From an uncultured Arcobacter sp. (GTDB lineage Bacteria > Campylobacterota > Campylobacteria > Campylobacterales > Arcobacteraceae), in the NCBI GenBank assembly GCA_965140705.1, contig OZ223301.1:192001-256000 (forward strand): a stretch of DNA of 64,000 bases. The letters run 5' to 3'. Under the pieces are notes generated by a model. That model was not told the origin of the DNA, made no database searches, and worked only from the letters and a program-made list of their open reading frames with translations. Positions within the stretch are counted from its first letter, which is position 1. Every line of letters begins with the position of its first letter. Of the stretch, positions 51,861 to 62,575 are shown piece by piece. A program made the translations under genes and the position numbers.

Positions 51861-52826
51861 TTATTTATTTTGTTGTATTTTACTCATTTCTTCTTTGAAT
51901 ACTCCAATGAAATGATTTACTACATCACCATCTAAATGTTTTGACATATCTTTTTTCATCATAACAAGAGTATTAAATGTACCTGTTGAATTTTTATAAC
52001 TTTTATTAGTGGTTAAGGCATCAAAGACATCACATACTGCAATTATTTTTGCAAATATACTCATATGTTCAGCTTTTTGTTTATCTGGATATCCTGTACC
52101 ATCAACTCTTTCATGATGGTTTCTAATTCCTGATAATATCTCTTTATTAGTAACTCCTAGTTGTCTTGCCATTGCCCATCCATACATTGGGTGTTTTTTA
52201 ACTTCATTAAACTCATGTTCAGTTAAAATACCTTCTTTATTTATGATTTTATCACTAATTTGAGTTTTCCCTAAATCATGAAGTAGGGCAGATATTCCCA
52301 AATTTTCTAAATCTTTTTTATTCATGCCCATATGTTTACCAAGACATAAAGAATAAACACTTACATTAAGTGAGTGAGTATGAGTGAGATAATCGCTTGC
52401 AAGTATTGTTATGAATGAACTTACAGAAAAATCATCATGTAAAATTGTAGATACCATATCACTTACTATATTTTCTACTTCCTTTACATTTTTCATTGTT
52501 TTTGGGTTTTCAAATATTTTATTTACAGTATCTCCCACTTCTTCATAGAAGTTTTTCATATTTTTAGGTATGAGTTTTGTACTTATATAGTTTTTATAAT
52601 AACTTTCGTAAAAATCTTTTTCACTTTCATGAACATACAAAAATTTATAATCTGAAAGATTATCAATATCATTCTGAATTAGTTTTCTACTTTTTGTAGA
52701 GACTAAAGAAACATTTTCTTCTTTTGTGTTTTTACCATACAAATCAAAGAAAAATTCAGCACCTTCATTTACTATTTCTCTATTAATAAGATAATATCTT
52801 TCTTTATTTACTATGTATTCATTCAT
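51861..52826 (-). CDS. HD-GYP domain protein (cyclic dinucleotide phosphodiesterase family)
   Basis: HSLNV, LLHDLGK, HHERVDGTGYP, VCDVFDALT. Confidence 0.92.
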   Translation of the reverse strand: MNEYIVNKERYYLINREIVNEGAEFFFDLYGKNTKEENVSLVSTKSRKLIQNDIDNLSDYKFLYVHESEKDFYESYYKNYISTKLIPKNMKNFYEEVGDTVNKIFENPKTMKNVKEVENIVSDMVSTILHDDFSVSSFITILASDYLTHTHSLNVSVYSLCLGKHMGMNKKDLENLGISALLHDLGKTQISDKIINKEGILTEHEFNEVKKHPMYGWAMARQLGVTNKEILSGIRNHHERVDGTGYPDKQKAEHMSIFAKIIAVCDVFDALTTNKSYKNSTGTFNTLVMMKKDMSKHLDGDVVNHFIGVFKEEMSKIQQNK

Positions 52827-52984
52827 TTTTCTTTTAAGCTCACTTAGTAATTATGGTATTAATTTATCTATAGTAGTCTAAAAAAAATAAAATCTATATT
52901 AAAAAATAATTTTATAATATATTATTTTATAATGAATTTTATTATGAAATAAATATATATAATTTTTTTTATTATTTATTTGTT

Positions 52985-53908
52985 TCAATTTTCATTTAAA
53001 CATTCATTTATTTCTATACTTATATGAGATATTTTATGAAAATCTTTTAACAACTTTTTATAATAATCTACGGTTTTAGGATTATGCGTTATTATTGATA
53101 GTATGCATGAATAATGATTGGCACTAATTTTCCATATATGAATATCACTTACAATATTGTCTTCATCTTTTTGTATCTTTTCAATGATTTTATTTTGATA
53201 CTCTTTTTTTATATTTTCATCCAATAAAATAGGACTTGTCTCTTTTACTAATCCAATTGACCACTTAGTAATAATAATACCACCTACAATACCCATAATA
53301 GGATCTACCCAATTCCATCCAAAATATTTACCAAGAAGAAGTGCAAAAATAGCAAATAAAGATGTTAATGCATCTGCTAAAACATGAAAATATGCAGCTT
53401 TTATATTATGATCTTTGTGATGTTCATGACTATGTTCTTCCCCATGGTGATGATGGTCGTGATTATCATGAAGGATAAACATACTAGCTACATTTACAAC
53501 AAGTCCAATTATAGCTACAAGAATTGCTTCATTAAAATGTATGATTTGTGGTTCAAAGAATCTATTAATTGATTCTGCTACCATTAGTAGAGCGACTATT
53601 CCAAGTGCAATTGCACTTGTAAATCCTGCAAGGACATTTACTTTTCCTGTCCCAAAAGAATATTTGTCAGTATTTTCATATTTTTTTGCATATGAATATG
53701 CAAAAATGGTTATCATGAAAGCTGTAACATGGGTACCCATATGCCACCCATCTGCAAGTAATGCCATAGAACCATACATAGTTCCAGCAGTAATTTCTAC
53801 TATCATTGTAATAGCAGTTAGGATTAAAACATAGTAAGTATTTTTTTGAGCTCTATTGTTATTTGAATTATATTTGTGTGAGTGTCTCCATTTATCATGT
53901 GGGTGCAT
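52985..53908 (-). CDS. dmeF: CDF family Co/Ni efflux transporter
   Basis: SMALLADGWHMGTH, FGTGKV, His-rich loop, AAYFHVLADALTS. Confidence 0.9.
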   Translation of the reverse strand: MHPHDKWRHSHKYNSNNNRAQKNTYYVLILTAITMIVEITAGTMYGSMALLADGWHMGTHVTAFMITIFAYSYAKKYENTDKYSFGTGKVNVLAGFTSAIALGIVALLMVAESINRFFEPQIIHFNEAILVAIIGLVVNVASMFILHDNHDHHHHGEEHSHEHHKDHNIKAAYFHVLADALTSLFAIFALLLGKYFGWNWVDPIMGIVGGIIITKWSIGLVKETSPILLDENIKKEYQNKIIEKIQKDEDNIVSDIHIWKISANHYSCILSIITHNPKTVDYYKKLLKDFHKISHISIEINECLNEN

Positions 53909-53947
53909 TTTATTAAACCTTTGAATTAGTATTAAACTTACTTACAA

Positions 53948-54358
53948 TTATTGTGCCTTTAAAAAATCATTGATTATTTTTTTATGGTCAAATACTAATT
54001 TATCAAGTGGTAGTTTATCTTTTTCATAGATAAATACTTCTTTTGCATCATCTTGAGCGATAGGCTCTCCATATGCTTTACATATGTAAGCTAATGATAC
54101 TGTGTGAAATCTTTCATCTCTTTTTGGGTCTGAATATACTCCAAGAAGTGATTCGATTGTAACATCAAGTGAGGTCTCTTCTTTCATCTCCCTTACTACT
54201 GCATTTTCAACTGTTTCACCAATATCAACAAAGCCACCAGGAATAGCGATTCCAAGTGGTCTATTTAATCTTTCAATCAAAACGATTCCTCTAAAATTCT
54301 CTTTTTCATCATATAGTTTTATGATACCATCAACTGTTAAATAGGGTGTTTTTATCAT
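53948..54358 (-). CDS. NUDIX hydrolase
   Basis: PGGFVDIGETVENAVVREMKEET Nudix box; SDPKRD. Confidence 0.92.
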   Translation of the reverse strand: MIKTPYLTVDGIIKLYDEKENFRGIVLIERLNRPLGIAIPGGFVDIGETVENAVVREMKEETSLDVTIESLLGVYSDPKRDERFHTVSLAYICKAYGEPIAQDDAKEVFIYEKDKLPLDKLVFDHKKIINDFLKAQ

Positions 54359-54482
54359 TGTTTTCTTTCTATTTAGGTTATTATTTTTTAAGTATATCAA
54401 AAGTAATATAAACTATAAATATAGATTATAATAATAATTCTCATGAATACCTAAAGTTCTTCAAGAGAGGAGTTTATTAGTT

Positions 54483-55214
54483 TTATAAAACAATAGAATA
54501 CTTATTAACAATATCCAAAAGCACCTTTCCAGAGTTATGAGACTTTTCAAGTGTCAATCTATCTTTTGTACCTGATATTCCAACTGCACCTATTAGTATA
54601 TTTTGATGGTTGAATAGTGGAACAGCAACACATCTCATACCATCTTGATACTCTTTGTCATCGATAGAATAACCATTTTCCCTAACTTCTTTTAAAGTAT
54701 CTTTTAGACTCTTTAGACTTGTAATAGTATTGTGAGTATATGAGTTTAACTTTACTTTTTCCAAATCAAAGTTCCCAAAAGCTAGAATTGATTTACCTAA
54801 AGCATTTGTATGTAAAGGAGCTTGTAATCCTATTTTATTTCTTGTTTTAATTATCCTATCTGACTTATCAAATTGATTTAAATATAAAACTTTGTAGTTG
54901 TCAAAAATACCCAAATATGCACATTCATTTGTATTTAGATATATCTCTTCTAGAAGAGAGTTTGTTTTTTTTACAATAAGTTCTATTCTTGTTTTTGAGT
55001 TTGTTGGTTTTGTTATATCAGTAGCTATGATTTCATTTGATTTTTCTAAGTGAGTAATAAAACCCTCTTCTTCAAGGGTCTTTAAAAGTCTTGACATAGT
55101 GCTTTTTTCTATGTTTAATTTTTTGCATAATTGTTTTGCTAAAATAGGTTTATCGTAGTTTAGGATTTCCTTATAAACTTGTAAACCCTTTGTAAAAGAT
55201 TTGTTAGTTGACAT
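54483..55214 (-). CDS. IclR family regulator
   Basis: KSTMSRLLKTL HTH; PLHTNALGKSIL, GYSIDDKE, CVAVP, AVGISG. Confidence 0.93.
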   Translation of the reverse strand: MSTNKSFTKGLQVYKEILNYDKPILAKQLCKKLNIEKSTMSRLLKTLEEEGFITHLEKSNEIIATDITKPTNSKTRIELIVKKTNSLLEEIYLNTNECAYLGIFDNYKVLYLNQFDKSDRIIKTRNKIGLQAPLHTNALGKSILAFGNFDLEKVKLNSYTHNTITSLKSLKDTLKEVRENGYSIDDKEYQDGMRCVAVPLFNHQNILIGAVGISGTKDRLTLEKSHNSGKVLLDIVNKYSIVL

Positions 55215-55240
55215 AATAAACTCTTTTTGTTTATTATATC

Positions 55241-55274
55241 AAATAACAGAACTATTTTAGTAGTTCTGTTATTT
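55241..55274 (-). terminator. Perfect 14-bp hairpin after pfpI, abutting the iclR extended -10
   Basis: AAATAACAGAACTA-ttttag-TAGTTCTGTTATTT; minus-strand TGATATAAT at 55233-55241. Confidence 0.65.
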
Positions 55275-55279
55275 TAAAC

Positions 55280-55843
55280 TTAAGCTAGAAGTTCATTGAA
55301 TTTTGCAAGCCATTTTGGATGAGCAGGCCAAGCAGCAGCTGTTACTAAATTCCCATCTACATAAGCATCTTCAAAACCGATATCTGCCCATTTACCACCA
55401 TTTGTAGTAAGGTCAGGTGAACAAGCTGGATAACAAGAACAAGTTCTATCTTTGACTATTCCAGCAGCAACTAATACTTGAACCCCATGACAAACTGAAG
55501 CTATTGGTTTATTTTTTGAGTTAAAGTTTTGAACTATTTCTAAAACTCTAGGATACAATCTAATATATTCAGGAGCTCTTCCTCCTGGAATTAGAAGTGC
55601 ATCATAGTTATTTTCATCTATTTCATCAAAAGTAGCATTTAATGTAAATTTGTGACCCGGTTTTTCTGTATAAGTTTGATCACCTTCAAAATCATGAATT
55701 GCAGTTTTTATTTGATCCCCTGCTTTTTTATCTGGACAAATAACATCAACAGTGTGTCCGACCATCAAAAGAGCTTGAAAGGGCACCATTAATTCGTAAT
55801 CTTCAACAAAGTCTCCAGCAATAATTAATATTTTTTTTGACAT
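55280..55843 (-). CDS. DJ-1/PfpI family protein
   Basis: [29 protein letters not shown] before the ATG at 55843. Confidence 0.92.
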   Translation of the reverse strand: MSKKILIIAGDFVEDYELMVPFQALLMVGHTVDVICPDKKAGDQIKTAIHDFEGDQTYTEKPGHKFTLNATFDEIDENNYDALLIPGGRAPEYIRLYPRVLEIVQNFNSKNKPIASVCHGVQVLVAAGIVKDRTCSCYPACSPDLTTNGGKWADIGFEDAYVDGNLVTAAAWPAHPKWLAKFNELLA

Positions 55844-55924
55844 AATATTTCTCCTTTTTGTTAATAATAAATCATATAGCATAAAGTTTTAATTTATAAT
55901 TTAAAATGAAATTAATTCTTTCTA

Positions 55925-55941
55925 GTTTCATATTATGCAAC
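55925..55941. promoter_or_regulatory. 17-bp palindrome, candidate IclR-family operator
   Basis: GTTTCATA-T-TATGCAAC, 7 of 8 pairs, between the divergent pfpI and TonB-receptor genes. Confidence 0.4.
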
Positions 55942-56027
55942 ACCATTTATTCTTAAATGATAATTAAATTTCTTTTGGCTAAAATTTACCTTTATTATGA
56001 ATTGATAATTACAAAACTAGGTATTAG

Positions 56028-57923
56028 ATGAAAATATTATTTTTACTTTTCTTATTTCTTTCAACACTATTTTCAGCTACCTTAGAGTCTTTACTTGATG
56101 AATATAAAAAAACCACTGAAAACTCATTAGAAACAGTAGATGAAAAGATGGGGCATGTTCGTATTTATTCTCAAAAAGAGATAAAACTTATGCAATATCA
56201 TAAATTAAGTGATATTTTAAAAGAGCTTCCATTATTTACACTAAATAGAAATAGATATGGAGTAGCTAATCCTTCACTTGCTGGTAGTAAGACAAGTGTT
56301 AGTGGATTTTTTAGATTTTTTATTAATGACCATGAAATAAGTTCAGCTCAAACAAAATCGCCATTTATTAATTGGGGTGATTTACCTTTAGATTTTATTG
56401 ACCATGTTGAGATATATTATGGACAAAGTTCTTTTTCCCTTGGAAATGATAGTGGGATATATTTTATAAGACTTTATACAAAAGACCCTAAAAAAGAAAA
56501 TGGTGCTGAAATTACTTCAAGAATTTCCAATAATCATACGAATTCAAATGGATTTACATATTCATCTCAATTGGGTACGGACTGGTCATATTTAATATAT
56601 TTAAACAATACAAAAATAAGAGATGATGCTGATTATAAGGGTAGAAAACTCTTAAATGATTCCCATAGAAGATATCTTTATTTAGATTTACAAAATGAAA
56701 CTACAAGCATCAATGTTGGATATAGTGATTTAACAAAAGATAATTATATGGGATTTTCAAAAGATGTTACTCCAAATAGTGGTGAAATATATTCAAAAGA
56801 CTATTTTTTTGATGTAACCAAATATTTTTTAGATGATAAATCAATAAAGTTTAATTTTGCATTTGGGAAAAATAATAGGAAGTATAAGGAAGAGAATAAA
56901 GAAAAAATTACAATTATCCCTTATCTTTTTACTTCAAAACAAAATATTACAAAATATGATGAAGATTTGGATTTAACAAAGATAAATGCATATTTATCAA
57001 AAACATTTGAATATAAAGATAATAATTTTTTAACTGCTTTAAGTATGGAAAATAAAAAGTATAAAGTAAATAATAGAACTATTGTTAATTCAAATACTAC
57101 TATTGATGTAGGAGCTTTTAATAATTTTAATGAAGAGAGTGTTTATTCATTCTTACTTCAAGATGATTATAGAATTAGAGATGATTTAATACTTATAGGA
57201 AATGCAAAATATGATAAATACAAAAGAAAAGGTTTTTTAAACGATTCTTCAAACAGTAATTATAGGGTAGGAACTATTTATACACCCTATAAAAATTTTG
57301 GTTTAAAAAGTTTTTATACAATAACAACTGTACCTCAAGATTTTTATAATGTTGATTTTGCTTTACCTGTAAAAAAAGATTTAAAGGAACAAAAATATAG
57401 ATTTTACACCCTAGAAGGTGTCTTTACTACAGATAACTCAAAATTTGGAATAACTTATGACCATGTTACTATAAAAGATTTTATATATTTCTCATCTGTT
57501 GGTTTTGTTAATGTTGATCATAAAATTACGACCAATGGTTGGCTATTTGATTATGAGTATAATTTTGAGAACCAAGATAAAGTAAAACTTAACTATTACC
57601 TAACAAGTTTAAGTGAGATTGCGAATAATTCACAAAGTGGTGGATATATCAAGTATATGGGAGAATCTGGAAAGTTTGAGTATTTTACTTTATTAAATTA
57701 TAAAAGTTCATATGACTATAAAGATGTTCATGTTGGCAGTGCATATGATGTAAGTATTGGTAGTACTTACAATGTAACTAAAAACTTAAGTCTAAGTCTA
57801 AAGGGTGAAAATATATTTGATAAATCAACCCAATCTCTTTTTTATGATGCTAGTACAAAAAAAGATTTTGCACTTAAAGATTATGGTAGAAGTGTCACTA
57901 TGACATTGAAATGGGTATTCTAA
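56028..57923 (+). CDS. TonB-dependent receptor-like outer membrane protein
   Basis: Signal peptide, plug motifs (LSDILKELP, IDHVEIYYG), GENIFD...GRS and C-terminal WVF. Confidence 0.85.
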   Translation: MKILFLLFLFLSTLFSATLESLLDEYKKTTENSLETVDEKMGHVRIYSQKEIKLMQYHKLSDILKELPLFTLNRNRYGVANPSLAGSKTSVSGFFRFFINDHEISSAQTKSPFINWGDLPLDFIDHVEIYYGQSSFSLGNDSGIYFIRLYTKDPKKENGAEITSRISNNHTNSNGFTYSSQLGTDWSYLIYLNNTKIRDDADYKGRKLLNDSHRRYLYLDLQNETTSINVGYSDLTKDNYMGFSKDVTPNSGEIYSKDYFFDVTKYFLDDKSIKFNFAFGKNNRKYKEENKEKITIIPYLFTSKQNITKYDEDLDLTKINAYLSKTFEYKDNNFLTALSMENKKYKVNNRTIVNSNTTIDVGAFNNFNEESVYSFLLQDDYRIRDDLILIGNAKYDKYKRKGFLNDSSNSNYRVGTIYTPYKNFGLKSFYTITTVPQDFYNVDFALPVKKDLKEQKYRFYTLEGVFTTDNSKFGITYDHVTIKDFIYFSSVGFVNVDHKITTNGWLFDYEYNFENQDKVKLNYYLTSLSEIANNSQSGGYIKYMGESGKFEYFTLLNYKSSYDYKDVHVGSAYDVSIGSTYNVTKNLSLSLKGENIFDKSTQSLFYDASTKKDFALKDYGRSVTMTLKWVF

Positions 57924-58390
57924 TGAAAACTTTGATAATAATACTTACAATAATATCATTTTCATTCGCTTCTTCTCAATATACTTTTTTAGTGAATAAA
58001 TATGATAAAGAGATAGACTTAGAAGCAAAAATTATTGCAAAAATAGCAAGAATTTCTTTAAAAGAGAAGATTAAACTTTTTATTCCAAATATAACTTCTC
58101 TTGAAAAAAGAGTTTATTCTAAATATTTTACTCTAAGTAATAATTGTGAAAACTCAAACTTTATTTTTGTAAAAAACAATATGAAAAATATAAATGTTTG
58201 TTCGGCAAAAAATAGATTATTTTTTACTAATAATTACAGAAAATTACTTTCTGATAAAAGATTTTTTGGGGCATTCTTTTGGAATAAAAGTAGACCAAAT
58301 ATTGTTTTCATAAAAACAAGATTAAGCAAGGATCATATCAAATTACCGAAAGAGTACGATCAGTTTGTGGAAGATTTTGATGAAAGATAA
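57923..58390 (+). CDS. Periplasmic protein, YfiR/DUF4154-like (tentative)
   Basis: Signal peptide, two Cys, 155 aa, coupled between the TBDR and GGDEF/EAL genes; family call rests mostly on context. Confidence 0.5.
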   Translation: MKTLIIILTIISFSFASSQYTFLVNKYDKEIDLEAKIIAKIARISLKEKIKLFIPNITSLEKRVYSKYFTLSNNCENSNFIFVKNNMKNINVCSAKNRLFFTNNYRKLLSDKRFFGAFFWNKSRPNIVFIKTRLSKDHIKLPKEYDQFVEDFDER

Positions 58391-60305
58391 AATATTTATA
58401 AGAAATCCTTTACGAATTATATTTTTAACTGCATTTATATCTTCTTTGTTACTTTTACTTTTATATGGGATTACATTATTAGAAAATAAAGTTGAAAAGA
58501 AAATGGTTGATATATCTATCTTTGATGTTATCTCTATTGCTAAAAATGATGCTCTTTCGATAGAAAATATTTTAAAAGATACTAAAAGCAAAGATTATGT
58601 TAAATCTATAGAAGAAGATGTAGCCTTGCAAAAGATAATAGAACATCATTTAAAGATATTATTAACAAAAAATATAAAATATTCATATGTTTTATATAAA
58701 GATGAAAAAGATGTATTTAGATTTTTAGCTGATGCTTCAAAGCCTGAAGAAAAAGCTGCTTTAAATCAAAAGTTTGATGTGGAAAGTGAAAAGTGGTTTA
58801 ATTTATATAAAACTAAAGAACCCCAACTAATAATGCATAAACTTTTACATGAGTTATCAATCACTTATCTTGTCCCTATTATGCAAAATGGAGAAGTGAA
58901 ACTTATTTTAGCAATAGATTTTTCAGTTAATAAAATAGAAGATATAAATAAGATGATTACTATAATTAAAAATGTAATTATAGGAATTATTCTTATTACT
59001 TTTATATTTTTAATAATCTTAATTATTCAAACATTTAAATATAGTGTTATGAAAAAAGTAATTTATATTGATAAATTAACAAATGTTTTTAACAGAAACT
59101 ATTTGCAAGAATTAGAGGATTTTATAAATTTAAATAATTATATTTTGGCTACTCTTGATATAGATTTTTTTAAAAGGGTTAATGATACTTATGGACATGA
59201 TATTGGGGATAGAATATTAAAAGATGTTGCAAGAATAATTTTAAAATCTACAAGAAATAAAGAGGACATCGTTATTAGATATGGAGGGGAAGAGTTTGTT
59301 ATTCTAGTAAAAGCTCCAAGAGATAATCATATAAATGCTTTAAATATAATAGAGAGAATTTATAAAAATATTCAAAAAAATAAATTTTATATAAATACTG
59401 AAAATTATATTAATATTACAGTTTCTATTGGAGTTAATCTTGTACCTTTTAAATCAAAAACTTTTTCAGAAGCTTTTAAATTAGCAGATATCGCTTTATA
59501 TAGTGCAAAAAATAAAGGTAGAAATACTATTGAAATTTATGATGAAAATGAAGATCAAATTGCTAATTGTTTATCTATTAGCGAAATAAATGAGGCAATG
59601 GATGAGAATAGGGTAATTTGTTTTTATCAAGGAATTGTTGATACAAATACAAAAGAGATATCACACTATGAAGCACTTTTACGAATAGTAGATAAAGATG
59701 GGACAATTATTACTCCTGATAAAATTTTACCTGCAATTCGTGGTACTTTTATTTTACGTAATATTACAAAATGTGTCTTAGATATTTGTTATAAAAGACT
59801 TTTAGAAGATGAAAACATCAAAATTAATGTTAATCTAAATCCCCAAGATATAATAAATGATTCTATTTTAAGTATCTTAATAACTTATGCGGAAGATAGA
59901 AGTATATCAAGTAGATTAGGTTTAGAGTTGGTTGAAAATGAAGATATTATGACTTGCCTTGATGCAAAAGAAAATCTATCGATGCTAAAAGATTTAGGAT
60001 ATAAGATTTTTATAGATGATTTTGGAAGTGGGTATTCAAATTTCATTTATCTAACTGAAATAAAAACTGATTATATTAAAATTGATGGAAATATTATCAA
60101 ACGAATACTTGAAGATGATGTCTCATTTTTATTAGTGAAAAGTATTGTTGCTTTTGCAAAAGAAGCCAAAATAAAAGTAATAGTTGAGTATGTAAGTAGC
60201 AAAGAAATTTTTGATAAAATAGAGTCTTTAGGAATTGAATATTCTCAAGGATTTTATTTCTCTATTCCCGCTTCTTTTGAAACAAAAGATTTAGTTGTTA
60301 GATGA
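58380..60305 (+). CDS. Membrane-bound GGDEF-EAL diguanylate cyclase/phosphodiesterase
   Basis: Two TMs around a periplasmic domain; DIDFFKRVNDTYGH, RYGGEEF; EAL, ELVE, DDFGSGYS, KIDG, QGFYFS. Confidence 0.93.
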   Translation: MKDKIFIRNPLRIIFLTAFISSLLLLLLYGITLLENKVEKKMVDISIFDVISIAKNDALSIENILKDTKSKDYVKSIEEDVALQKIIEHHLKILLTKNIKYSYVLYKDEKDVFRFLADASKPEEKAALNQKFDVESEKWFNLYKTKEPQLIMHKLLHELSITYLVPIMQNGEVKLILAIDFSVNKIEDINKMITIIKNVIIGIILITFIFLIILIIQTFKYSVMKKVIYIDKLTNVFNRNYLQELEDFINLNNYILATLDIDFFKRVNDTYGHDIGDRILKDVARIILKSTRNKEDIVIRYGGEEFVILVKAPRDNHINALNIIERIYKNIQKNKFYINTENYINITVSIGVNLVPFKSKTFSEAFKLADIALYSAKNKGRNTIEIYDENEDQIANCLSISEINEAMDENRVICFYQGIVDTNTKEISHYEALLRIVDKDGTIITPDKILPAIRGTFILRNITKCVLDICYKRLLEDENIKINVNLNPQDIINDSILSILITYAEDRSISSRLGLELVENEDIMTCLDAKENLSMLKDLGYKIFIDDFGSGYSNFIYLTEIKTDYIKIDGNIIKRILEDDVSFLLVKSIVAFAKEAKIKVIVEYVSSKEIFDKIESLGIEYSQGFYFSIPASFETKDLVVR

Positions 60306-60826
60306 TAATTTTAGACTTTGAAACAAATAGCCATAATGAACATGATGTTATAGAAGCAGCAGCTGTAAAATTAGAGCTTGTAAATGGTGAATATGTAGTT
60401 TGTGATAAATTTCATAGATATTATCTCTCTCGTTATCCTGTAAATCCTTATTCATATGAAGTTCATAAGCTAACTCCCGAAGCCATATTAAAAATAAGAC
60501 AAAATTCATCTTATGCTTCTTATTTCAAAGAAGATGAGGATTTTGTAGAGTTTTGTAGTGGGGTAGAAACTTTAATTGCTCATAATATTAGTTTTGAACT
60601 TCGTCATTTAAGACAAATTGTAAACTTTAAAAATCATATTTGCACGATGAAAGAGAATAAGTATATTGTAAAAGCCTTGAATAAAAATGCTAAGATTAAA
60701 AATCCGACTTTAGATGAAGTGTGCTTTTATTATGGTATTGAGTTTGATGAGAGTAATCATCATAGTGCTACATATGATGTTAGTAAAACTTTTGAGATAT
60801 TAAAAAGAATGAAAAAATCAAATTAG
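60302..60826 (+). CDS. DEDDh 3'-5' exonuclease
   Basis: LDFET, AHNISFE, HSATYD. Confidence 0.9.
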   Translation: MIILDFETNSHNEHDVIEAAAVKLELVNGEYVVCDKFHRYYLSRYPVNPYSYEVHKLTPEAILKIRQNSSYASYFKEDEDFVEFCSGVETLIAHNISFELRHLRQIVNFKNHICTMKENKYIVKALNKNAKIKNPTLDEVCFYYGIEFDESNHHSATYDVSKTFEILKRMKKSN

Positions 60827-60833
60827 TAAATTG

Positions 60834-61163
60834 CTATAAAGCATTTACTAATTCAACATCCAAATATTCGTCTATTTTTTCAATAAAATCTTCAAATGAA
60901 ACAGTTCCTTTTTTATCAAAAAGTACAACCTCTTCACCAAAATCATTTTTAATGTAATGATTTTCATTAGCAGTTACTTTTTCATATAATTTTTGCATCT
61001 CATCACTTGCATCATCTTGATTATGCAAAAACCAATTTACTGTAGTATCTTCTATTCTTATTAGTCCATAGGTATTTGTTTCATCAACATAGTCTTGAAT
61101 TGTTCCATTTTCAAAACTTGCACCTACTACTAAATCATTTTCATTTAAAATCATATCCATCAT
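60834..61163 (-). CDS. Hypothetical acidic protein
   Basis: 109-aa ORF starting 3 nt after the helicase stop. Confidence 0.7.
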   Translation of the reverse strand: MMDMILNENDLVVGASFENGTIQDYVDETNTYGLIRIEDTTVNWFLHNQDDASDEMQKLYEKVTANENHYIKNDFGEEVVLFDKKGTVSFEDFIEKIDEYLDVELVNAL

Positions 61164-61166
61164 ATC

Positions 61167-62474
61167 TTATCTCCCAAAACTTCTGTTAGAATCTCTTTTT
61201 GTTGTTTTTTTCTTTTTTACTACTTTTTTAGGTAGTTGAGCCTTATCTTTAGGTTTTTTATTTTTATCCTTTAGGCCTTTTTTCTGACTAAGTGATTGTG
61301 TTTTAAATCTTGCAACTCTTGGTTGTTTTTCATTTAGCTCATATTCATCATGTGTAAGTCTTGGCACATTTATTATTAGCTCTTTTTCTATTTCAGCCAT
61401 TTGTACATACTCTTTTACACACAATAGTGTTGTAGCAACTCCTGGGTTTCCAGCTCGTCCTGTTCTTCCTATTCTATGTGTATAATCAACTGTTGTCTCA
61501 GGTAACTCAAAATTAACTACATTTGGTAATAACTCTATATCAATTCCCCTTGCTGCAATATCAGTTGCAACAAGTACTCTTAAGGTTTTAGCTTTAAAGC
61601 CTTCTAGTGCTCTTGCTCGAACTGGTTGTTTTATATCTCCATGGATACAAGCTGTTTTTAGTCCATCTAAATTGAACTGTTCTGTTATCTCATCTGCTTT
61701 TGCTTTAGTATTAACAAATACTAAAACTTGTTCCCAATTTTCTGAACCAATTAGATATGATAAAAACTCTATTTTTTTATCTTCATCCATTAGGTATATT
61801 TGTTGCTCAATTATATCTACAGCTGAACGTTGTGATGAAACTTCTATTACAACTGGTTTGTGTAAAAACTCTTTCGCAAGTTTTTTAATATTTTGATTGA
61901 TAGTTGCAGAGAACATTCCAATATGTCTTGTTTTTGCACATTGGGAAAAGATAAGTTCAATATCTTTTAAAAACCCCATTTCAAGCATAGTATCAGCTTC
62001 ATCAAGAACTATATTATTTATACTTGATAAGTTTACTGATTTTGTTTTTATATGGTCAATTAGTCTTCCAGGTGTTGCAACAAGTACATCAATCCCAGCA
62101 TTTATTTTTCTAATTTGCTCTTTATGACTTAAGCCTCCCACAACAATAGTTTGTTTTATGTCTAAATATCTTCCATAGTGTGAGATACTTTTTTCTATTT
62201 GTTTTGCTAATTCTCTTGTAGGAACTAAAATCAAACTTCTAAGAACTCTTTTATTTGTAGAATCACTATCTTTTGTTTCAAAAAGTTTTTGCAAAATAGG
62301 AAGTACAAAGGCAGCAGTTTTACCTGTACCACTTTGTGCAGTTGCAATTACATCACTATTTTTAAGTAATACAGGTATTACTTTCTCTTGAACTTCAGTT
62401 GGTTTTTCATAACCTTCTTCTTCAAGAGCTTTTAAAATCTCTGAACAAAGTTTTATTGTGTTGAAAGTTTTGAT
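61167..62474 (-). CDS. DEAD-box RNA helicase (RhlE-like), 435 aa from an ATC start
   Basis: Q motif (F...L...GYEKPTEVQ) and motif I AQSGTGKT lie upstream of the ORF-track start; PTRELA, DEAD, SAT, ARGID, HRIGRTGR; AAGGA 6 nt before ATC. Confidence 0.92.
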   Translation of the reverse strand: MKTFNTIKLCSEILKALEEEGYEKPTEVQEKVIPVLLKNSDVIATAQSGTGKTAAFVLPILQKLFETKDSDSTNKRVLRSLILVPTRELAKQIEKSISHYGRYLDIKQTIVVGGLSHKEQIRKINAGIDVLVATPGRLIDHIKTKSVNLSSINNIVLDEADTMLEMGFLKDIELIFSQCAKTRHIGMFSATINQNIKKLAKEFLHKPVVIEVSSQRSAVDIIEQQIYLMDEDKKIEFLSYLIGSENWEQVLVFVNTKAKADEITEQFNLDGLKTACIHGDIKQPVRARALEGFKAKTLRVLVATDIAARGIDIELLPNVVNFELPETTVDYTHRIGRTGRAGNPGVATTLLCVKEYVQMAEIEKELIINVPRLTHDEYELNEKQPRVARFKTQSLSQKKGLKDKNKKPKDKAQLPKKVVKKKKTTKRDSNRSFGR

Positions 62475-62509
62475 AACTATTCCTTTTAGTTTTGTATTTT
62501 AAAAAAGTG

Positions 62510-62531
62510 ATTATATCAAATAGTGTATAAT
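62510..62531. promoter_or_regulatory. Back-to-back -10 boxes of the divergent helicase and radical SAM promoters
   Basis: Minus-strand TGaTATAAT at 62510-62518; plus-strand TATAAT at 62526-62531. Confidence 0.6.
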
Positions 62532-62575
62532 ATCTCAATTTTATTCTTTCACAAAAAATATTTTAAAGGCAAACT

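Noticed and set aside
52827..52984. Extremely AT-rich intergenic stretch as a possible origin or sRNA
   Set aside because: No DnaA boxes, iterons or stable structure seen; consistent with the HD-GYP promoter region.
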